Below are positions 57,404-64,000 of a stretch of 64,000 nt of DNA, piece by piece. This DNA comes from Candidatus Woesearchaeota archaeon (GTDB taxonomy: Archaea; Nanobdellota; Nanobdellia; Woesearchaeales; JAGWAF01): contig JAGVYP010000066.1 of the NCBI GenBank assembly GCA_018303205.1, forward strand, positions 4,706 to 68,705, read 5' to 3'. A program made the translations under genes and the position numbers. Position 1 is the first letter of the stretch, and every line of letters begins with the position of its first letter. Below the pieces are notes generated by a model. The model ran no database searches. It saw only the letters and a list, made by a program, of their open reading frames with translations, and was not told the DNA's origin.

Positions 57404-58969
57404 ATGAAAAATACAAAAAATGCAGCAAATTCAACATATATTTTTATGTTCAATATACTTATGATAACTCTGATTAGCATATTTACACTATCTACAGTGT
57501 CTATAGTTTATGCTCAAGAGACAGGTGATTCTCTTTTTTATAATGGTGAAGTTCTTTTGAAGTTTCACAGCCTTTCAGATGATGAATATGCAATGACATT
57601 TACAAATATTGAAGGTGCAAATTTTAGACCTATTCTTGTAAACAATGAGAATGTTGATGGTCCATTCAAGTTTGATATTATATTCAAAGAAGCAGCAAAT
57701 CAATGTGATTTCACAAATGGAATTAAGAGGGGAGAAGAATTTCTTTTAAGCTCTGCTGCTGATGGTGCAGGAACAACACATGTGCTTAAGTATCAAAGTG
57801 CAGATTTAACTAACAGAGAACTCACTTTTTTAGAAAGAAGCAACATAGAAATAACGTATGAAATTTCTACAGAAAATTGTAGCGGGCAGCAAATAGGCAG
57901 ATTTAATCTTATCATCGCCGGCATACAGTATAAAGGGTATATTAACACGGCAACAAGCGTAATTACTTTGAGTCTCAACACAGATCAAGCTATTGACGGC
58001 GACAAAATAAAATTAGTAACCAAAGAAGGTTTTGTGATTACTATGCCTGACAGTCTATCAAATGGCGAAGCAAGAGTATCAATCGCATTTCCAAGTGCAT
58101 ACGCTCATAATGATATAATTGTAAGCTTGCTTGCTGCTCCAGCTAATGAAGTTGATGCAAGAGTGAATGGAGTAACTCTTACTGAAAAACAGCAAGGAGA
58201 TATGCTTTACAAGTACGCACTTCTTTCAAATAATCTTTATGTATTATGGGAGCAAGAAACAGATACGAGAGACCCACCAACGATCTATCTTAAAACATAT
58301 GTTAAACAAAATGATGAAATTTTAGAAGAAATAGAAGAACTAGAACAAAGAGAAGAACAACTAGAAAGAGAAGAACGAAGAGAGAAAGAAGAACAAATAG
58401 AACAAAGAGAGAGAGAAGAACAAAGAGAATTACTTGAAAACAATAAACAAGACAGAACCATAACTCCTCCAACTTTTCCTGGAGAAATTGTAACAAGTGT
58501 ATCTTTGAACAAAGGCTGGAACTTGGTAAGTTTAGGTGCAGAAGTGCAAAATTTCTTGCCTTCTGATTGTTCTGCTGACAAAAAACTGGTTGCTTTTGTG
58601 TATATTTCAGATCTTAAAAAATATGTGAGTATCAAAGAAGCAAGGGAAATCTTAGGCAAAGATTTTGGAAAATATTTTGAAGAACATAGTTTTTGGGTAT
58701 ATTCTTACAGTGATTGTGTGCTCAAAACAACGGTAAAGAAAGTGAGTGTTGAGAAATTCCTTTTAGATGAAGGTTGGAATCTTTTGACGGTTCCAAGTTT
58801 TTTTGCAGGTAAATCTTTTGTTGATATACAAAACAGTTGCGATGTCCTTAGTGCTTATACGTGGAAAGCAGACAAGCAGCAATGGGTAACACTTGAAGAT
58901 CAGCAAAAAATGGAAGATAATGGGCAGGGAATTATTGTCAAAGTAGATAAAAGCTGTATCATGCAGTGA
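57404..58969 (+). CDS. secreted S-layer-like protein with E/R-rich linker
   Basis: Signal peptide, beta-rich domain, EEQ/ERE coil, two C-terminal GWNL repeats; SD GGAGG. Confidence 0.7.
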   Translation: MKNTKNAANSTYIFMFNILMITLISIFTLSTVSIVYAQETGDSLFYNGEVLLKFHSLSDDEYAMTFTNIEGANFRPILVNNENVDGPFKFDIIFKEAANQCDFTNGIKRGEEFLLSSAADGAGTTHVLKYQSADLTNRELTFLERSNIEITYEISTENCSGQQIGRFNLIIAGIQYKGYINTATSVITLSLNTDQAIDGDKIKLVTKEGFVITMPDSLSNGEARVSIAFPSAYAHNDIIVSLLAAPANEVDARVNGVTLTEKQQGDMLYKYALLSNNLYVLWEQETDTRDPPTIYLKTYVKQNDEILEEIEELEQREEQLEREERREKEEQIEQREREEQRELLENNKQDRTITPPTFPGEIVTSVSLNKGWNLVSLGAEVQNFLPSDCSADKKLVAFVYISDLKKYVSIKEAREILGKDFGKYFEEHSFWVYSYSDCVLKTTVKKVSVEKFLLDEGWNLLTVPSFFAGKSFVDIQNSCDVLSAYTWKADKQQWVTLEDQQKMEDNGQGIIVKVDKSCIMQ

Positions 58970-58980
58970 AGAGGTTCAAA

Positions 58981-59178
58981 ATGAAACTCATCATAACACT
59001 CTTCATACTAATGCTTTTGATAACTGCTTGTGCTAAACAAGATGCGCAACAAGAAGCAAAGAAAGATGCCGCAATAGACACTTCGTCTAATATACCAAAG
59101 ATTTCCATTTCAAATTTTGGCATAGATGATGTTTTTGCAGATGAGGGTGAATTAACACCGCCTTCTTTTGGAGAATAA
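58981..59178 (+). CDS. small lipoprotein
   Basis: ITAC lipobox; SD GAGGT. Confidence 0.65.
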   Translation: MKLIITLFILMLLITACAKQDAQQEAKKDAAIDTSSNIPKISISNFGIDDVFADEGELTPPSFGE

Positions 59179-59264
59179 GTTTAACTAAAAATTAAATTGA
59201 TGCTTTCTAGCGAAAGCTCTGCTTAAGAAATAAAAAAATAAGAAAACAACGTGAGGTAAAAACA

Positions 59265-59789
59265 ATGAAAACAAAAAATGTAGCGTTAGCTCTCTGCTTT
59301 GCTTTTTTGATTGCGAGCATGAGCGCACAAGCTGTTTTGCAGCCAAATAGTAAAGAGAATGGTAAAGAGTTATGCGGAGATGTCAATGACGATGGAAGAA
59401 CAAGTATTCTTGATGCTTTGATGATTGATCAAGCAATCAGAAGCATTTCTGTATCCACTACTTATCTTCGCAGAGGAGATGTGAATAATGACGGTCTCTT
59501 AACAGAAAAAGACGCATATCTTGTTGCGAGCTATGCTGCAGGAGTTTCTGCATTGCAATGCGGACTTTGCGGTGATGGAAATAAAGATGGTAAAATCAAT
59601 AAAGTAGATGCAAAACTTGCTTCAATGATATCTGTTTCTTTGTCAGTGCCAAAAGGAACTGCAGTGCATGCACTTGATGTCAATGCAGATGGTCGCATCA
59701 ATAGTGTTGATGTTCTTTTTATTAGGCAATATGAATCAGGAAAGAGAACCTCTTTGCAATGTCGAGAGCCAGTGATTGTTGCTCCATAA
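59265..59789 (+). CDS. secreted double dockerin (type I-like) protein
   Basis: Four Ca-loop repeats: GDVNDDG..SILD, GDVNNDG..TEKD, GDGNKDG..NKVD, LDVNADG..NSVD. Confidence 0.85.
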   Translation: MKTKNVALALCFAFLIASMSAQAVLQPNSKENGKELCGDVNDDGRTSILDALMIDQAIRSISVSTTYLRRGDVNNDGLLTEKDAYLVASYAAGVSALQCGLCGDGNKDGKINKVDAKLASMISVSLSVPKGTAVHALDVNADGRINSVDVLFIRQYESGKRTSLQCREPVIVAP

Positions 59790-59890
59790 TTTTTTTTATT
59801 TTTGTTTTTTTATTCATAAATCAATAGAACCAAAAAATATATAACTATGATACAATTAAAATAAATTAAAATGCATTAGAGGTACTCAAA

Positions 59891-60481
59891 ATGGAAAAAA
59901 GAATTATATGTTGTGCAATTGCTTTAATTATCTTGATAATAATCTTGACAATAGTTAGTGGGTGCTCAAAAGAAGTATCTTCTGATCAAACAAGTAATCA
60001 AACTCATGTGCAATATGATGAATCAAAACCTTTAGCAAATTCCTTAAATGATCCAAGGGTAATAAAGAACACTTTAAATGATGTGAGGTGTGATGGAAAA
60101 GAGTATGCCGTAGATATTGAATCGGAAGATGCAGTGGTACTTCTTACATTACCGATAGGTCAGCAGAATCAAATCAATGATTTAAAGTCAAGTGTTGTAA
60201 TTCAGGAATTTTTTGAAATAGGACAAAATGAAAAAAATTTAAATATGCCTATGGAAATAAAATACTCTTTTGGAGGTATGGTCGGAAGTGAATCTGGAAA
60301 TTTAGAAAATGGTATGGTTATGTCTTTAGTAATCATAAAAGCGGATAAATTATTGCAAGATGGTGTAAACCCTCTTTTGAAATTACAAGCTTCTATGGGT
60401 TACTCTCTTCTTGCTATGAATCAAGGAGAAGAGAAAGGTGAACTTTCATTTTTATGCAAATTAGCACAAGATATCCAATGA
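59891..60481 (+). CDS. hypothetical lipoprotein
   Basis: VSGC lipobox; SD GAGGT. Confidence 0.7.
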   Translation: MEKRIICCAIALIILIIILTIVSGCSKEVSSDQTSNQTHVQYDESKPLANSLNDPRVIKNTLNDVRCDGKEYAVDIESEDAVVLLTLPIGQQNQINDLKSSVVIQEFFEIGQNEKNLNMPMEIKYSFGGMVGSESGNLENGMVMSLVIIKADKLLQDGVNPLLKLQASMGYSLLAMNQGEEKGELSFLCKLAQDIQ

Positions 60482-60539
60482 TATTAAGAAATAGATAGCC
60501 TGATGAACATCTAAAACTTGATCATAATGGATAATATTT

Positions 60540-61397
60540 CTAAAACGCCAATAACAAAATGCCAATAATAATGCTGATAATTCCCACATATTGATTCAAT
60601 GCTAACTTTTCTTCTAGAAAATGTCGCGCTAAGAGTATAGTAACAAGAGGAGAAGCATATACGATGGGAGTTACCATAGAAATCAAATCAAGAGAAAAAC
60701 CATAACTTAAACAGGTGACTGCAATGCCTGAAAATACTCCAATAAAAGCAAGCATTCCCCATTCTTTTTTTGTTGGCAAAAATATTTTTTCAGAAAAAAA
60801 TAGTGCAAGAATCATTGCTAAAAACAAGAATCCGTCCAAAAGTATTGCAGCAGTCATAGGCCCTGCAAGCTCAACAGGAATCTTATAGAGAAAAAAAGTG
60901 ATTCCCCAAGCAAAAAAAGTAATCAGCGCATAAGGCAGTCCCAAAGCAAAATCTTTGGTATGCATCATTCTCAATTCCTGCCACTTGAAAGAAACAAAAG
61001 CAGTTCCCACAATAACCAGGAGAATGCCTAAGCCTTGGAAAGCGCTCAATTGCTCCTGATAAAACAACACTGCTAACAAAACTGTGATTGCAGCACTACC
61101 ATGCGCAATAGGGCTTACCAAGGAAACTTTTCCTATCTTTAAAGCATGCGTAAAAGAAAAGAAAGCAATACTACCAAAAAAAGAACACAGCAAAGACCAC
61201 CCAAAGATCTCCCAGGAAAGCATCAATTTTTGTTGCGTAAAAAACATAAACAGGAACAAAGTTACAAGAACAAAAATTCCACGATAGAGTACTGTTGCAA
61301 TGGTTCCTAATCGCTGACTTACTTTTTTAAGAGCTATCTCTATACTTCCAAAACAAAACATAGCAATAATTCCAAGAATAATACCTGTAAGCATCAA
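60540..61397 (-). CDS. EamA/DMT family transporter
   Basis: Two EamA repeats, 10 TM, VSLVSPI..FYQEQL. Confidence 0.9.
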   Translation of the reverse strand: MMLTGIILGIIAMFCFGSIEIALKKVSQRLGTIATVLYRGIFVLVTLFLFMFFTQQKLMLSWEIFGWSLLCSFFGSIAFFSFTHALKIGKVSLVSPIAHGSAAITVLLAVLFYQEQLSAFQGLGILLVIVGTAFVSFKWQELRMMHTKDFALGLPYALITFFAWGITFFLYKIPVELAGPMTAAILLDGFLFLAMILALFFSEKIFLPTKKEWGMLAFIGVFSGIAVTCLSYGFSLDLISMVTPIVYASPLVTILLARHFLEEKLALNQYVGIISIIIGILLLAF

Positions 61398-61403
61398 CTA
61401 AGC

Positions 61404-62216
61404 TTATGCCGCTGGTTTATATAATTTTGTTCCTTGTTGGTTAATCTTTCTTAATGCTACAACAGAACTCATTCTTTCTAATTCGCTATACAATTTTCTT
61501 CTTTCAAAAAAGCCAAGTCTCTCTAATTGGCATTGTTCTAGCCTTTCATTTACGGCATTCATATACCCATGAATAACATATTTTCTTCCTGCGGTATTGT
61601 ACCACTTTCCTTCTCTGCTTAATTCCTGAAAATAATCTCTTCGAGCTTCTTCTTTTATAGCATCTCTTAATGTTGCTTTTACAGTCTTTTCGTTTTTCGT
61701 CTGATTTCTCTTTGCCGTGTCCTTATTTATTTCCTTTGCAATTGCCCTCACTTTATAGCTGTCTCCTAAGATATAAGAATTTATTCTTGTCCATAAGCTC
61801 AAATGATCAGATACTTGATGATTGGCATAGACATATGAGCGTTGATAATATCTTCCTCTTCTTTCTGTTTCACTCTGTGTTAAAAAAGATCCTGTGTTAT
61901 CTTCTCTTGCATTTCTCTGAAGTCTTTCTTCCAACTTTTTTCTTCTTTTCCTATCAATATCTAACCCTAGATAATGTACCTGCGCATTACCCTCTGATGG
62001 AGAATAGGGAGTTGCTAATGCTGTTGCTATGCGAAGAGCTCTAAGATCTTCGGTAGGCTGTTCAGTAAATCTTTCTCTCCAAGCACTATTTTCTCTTTGC
62101 TTTCTTTTTTCTTGATCTGCTGCTCTTTGTACAAAAGTTTCAAAAGAATCAACATGGGTAATCTTAAGGCTATCACTACTAGGTGCTTCTACTCCTATGG
62201 GGATTGTTGTGGTCAT
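61404..62216 (-). CDS. hypothetical basic protein
   Basis: 270-aa ORF, R/E rich, SD-like GAGTGA. Confidence 0.7.
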   Translation of the reverse strand: MTTTIPIGVEAPSSDSLKITHVDSFETFVQRAADQEKRKQRENSAWRERFTEQPTEDLRALRIATALATPYSPSEGNAQVHYLGLDIDRKRRKKLEERLQRNAREDNTGSFLTQSETERRGRYYQRSYVYANHQVSDHLSLWTRINSYILGDSYKVRAIAKEINKDTAKRNQTKNEKTVKATLRDAIKEEARRDYFQELSREGKWYNTAGRKYVIHGYMNAVNERLEQCQLERLGFFERRKLYSELERMSSVVALRKINQQGTKLYKPAA

Positions 62217-62406
62217 GCTTCTTCACTCACTCAAGTATTTCTCCCCAGAAATTGCTAATAGTATGAAGAAGAAGGCATTCTTTATAAAGCTTATCTTTTT
62301 CAGATCTCAATTCTCTTTTCATTTCTCTTGTTTTTTTGTTTACTCTTTTTCTTTTCATAAAAATATAAATCAAAACATAAATACTCTACTGAAAAAATAC
62401 GATAAA

Positions 62407-62553
62407 TAGTAGAAGACATTAATAAAGCATAATTTGTCACCTTGGAGTACAATGAGGAGACGAGTGATTCATGCAACGAAGTCGACGCAAAATCTGCGAG
62501 GGACGAGCAGCAGATCTCCGTGACAAATTATGCAAAACTTTTGTCTTCTACTA
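62407..62553 (+). ncRNA. unassigned structured repeat element, copy D
   Basis: 12-bp outer stem TAGTAGAAGACA/TGTCTTCTACTA, 14-bp stem GCATAATTTGTCAC/GTGACAAATTATGC, CTT-GGAG, GATTCATGCA loop, GACGCAA, CTGC-GAGGGACGA-GCAG, CTCC. Confidence 0.75.
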
Positions 62554-62609
62554 AAAATGAGAAAAAATTATAAATGTCAAAAATAAGAAACCATAATAAA
62601 TTTGTCTGT

Positions 62610-63800
62610 TTATTTCTCTTCTTTCTTTTCTAATACCTGATCTGCTGCTTTAAAGAGTCTTTCTTCAAAGTCAACAATACGTTCTCCTTCATTTTTTTCA
62701 TCACTGAATGCATGCATCATTTCTCTGATCATACTTTTTTGTGGTGCGTGTTCTGTCATGAGAACTTCTTCAATATCTTCTATTGCATGGGTGTTTACTT
62801 GTATTTCACGAAATTCTTCGCTTTCCAGCTTGTGAGTATTTTTCATGACAAAATAAGCTCCTTGATCATAACAATGCTTGAAGATTTTCTTAAAATCAAC
62901 ATCATAGGGTTTTCCTTTGGAAAGTTTTCCTTCTATCCTTATCGTCACAAGAGCATTTTTCATTTTTTTTCCTTCTATCTCCTGTTCTAACATCATTGTT
63001 ACTTCTTCTGCACTTTTTCCTTTTACTTCTAAAAAAAAAGAACACACCGGATGAATTTCTATAGGAATATAGCCTACTTTCCAATCTTTTACCAAATAGA
63101 ATCCACCGTGTTTCAGCTTTTCCAATTCTGCAAAATTGTTAGGAAATCCAGGACCTGGGTAAATGACTACGGGATAATTTTCATCACTGTACTTCTCCAC
63201 GATGTGCACATGACCTCCTGCATAATAGTTAAATCCTCTGGGTAGGAGCGAAAGTGGTTCTGCTTCCATTTCTTTCAGATGTTCTGGTTTGAGCTCATTG
63301 AGGGAGCAATGAAACATGAATATTTTTTCTCCTTTTTCTTCTTCTAAATTTTTTTTGATCAGTTTTCTGTAATGGTTTTTATCTAAACCACCTCGTAATC
63401 CGGGAAGGCCTGTTATTTTTATTCCTGTTTTTTTATCAAGGGTAAAAGAAAGTTGTAATTTTCCTTCTTTGGCAGATCCTTTTGCAACATTCATACATAG
63501 TCCTGCACTTTCTAACACATCTAACATGGTTTTTCCTGAAGGAGAATAATCATGACTTCCTGCAATGAGGTAACAAGGAATTTCCTGATCCTGGAGTTCT
63601 TTGAGTTTTTCTGTTACAATGCGTAAACGATCTACTCCTGGTAAGCTTGTATTAAAGAGATCACCTGCGATAAGAACGAAATCAACCTTTTCTTGGATGC
63701 AGATGTCTATAATTTTCAAAAATGCTGTTGTGCTGAGATCCCTCATCTTTGGATCCCTCCAACCACCAATATGGCAATCTGCCAAGTGAGCGAATTTCAT
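62610..63800 (-). CDS. mre11: DNA double-strand break repair nuclease Mre11
   Basis: ADCHIG, AGDLF, GSHD, GHVH, YPG. Confidence 0.88.
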   Translation of the reverse strand: MKFAHLADCHIGGWRDPKMRDLSTTAFLKIIDICIQEKVDFVLIAGDLFNTSLPGVDRLRIVTEKLKELQDQEIPCYLIAGSHDYSPSGKTMLDVLESAGLCMNVAKGSAKEGKLQLSFTLDKKTGIKITGLPGLRGGLDKNHYRKLIKKNLEEEKGEKIFMFHCSLNELKPEHLKEMEAEPLSLLPRGFNYYAGGHVHIVEKYSDENYPVVIYPGPGFPNNFAELEKLKHGGFYLVKDWKVGYIPIEIHPVCSFFLEVKGKSAEEVTMMLEQEIEGKKMKNALVTIRIEGKLSKGKPYDVDFKKIFKHCYDQGAYFVMKNTHKLESEEFREIQVNTHAIEDIEEVLMTEHAPQKSMIREMMHAFSDEKNEGERIVDFEERLFKAADQVLEKKEEK

Positions 63801-63944
63801 ATCCTAGGTATTTTTCAGTTCTTTTTATGTTATCCTCTTTTTTTATTTTCTATATTTTAATTAAAATATTGTAAAAAAATAACTCTTACTCAAAAACAAC
63901 AATGCTTATATACAAAAACAAGAAAAATTCTCTGGGGTGTTATC

Positions 63945-64000
63945 ATGGACCAAGACACAGAAAAAGTATTATCAACCTTAGCTTATCCCATTCCAGCAGT
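63945..64000 (+). CDS. partial CDS (MDQDTEKVLSTLAYPIPA...), runs off window
   Basis: ATG after GGGGTG SD-like and TTATATA box. Confidence 0.5.
   Translation, partial: MDQDTEKVLSTLAYPIPA

Noticed and set aside
58320-58440. GAA/AGA-rich tandem-like DNA
   Set aside because: Explained by the E/R/Q-rich coding linker
7529-62553. Repeat family as CRISPR, MITE or REP
   Set aside because: Copies are dispersed with no spacers; terminal stems differ in sequence; no target duplications or transposase in the window

Overview
AT-rich archaeal chromosome segment. Fibrillarin, Nop5, RFC large subunit, Mre11, NIP7-like, archaeal SecDF and TATA boxes about 25-35 nt before start codons indicate Archaea; the gene repertoire suggests a DPANN lineage such as Woesearchaeota (inference). 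Contents: housekeeping genes (pyrG, pyrH, cysS, valS, secDF, rfcL, mre11, tRNA-Thr(CGT)), two ABC systems, a glycosylation cluster, a toxin-antitoxin pair and a surface-protein cluster with a double-dockerin protein. The main unexplained signal is a dispersed family of about 100-145 nt intergenic structured elements: four full copies (7529-7670, 13941-14040, 44423-44523, 62407-62553) and one internally deleted copy (55094-55139). Their stems differ in sequence but stay paired, while the bulge, junctions and loops are conserved (C-CUU-GGAG...GAUUCAUGCA...GCA...GA-n-GA...CUCC-G). I cannot assign this to any known RNA class; it is a candidate new multicopy ncRNA, ribozyme or mobile element. Three genes are interrupted (inverted duplication, deletion frameshift, in-frame TAG), which may be real or assembly artefacts.
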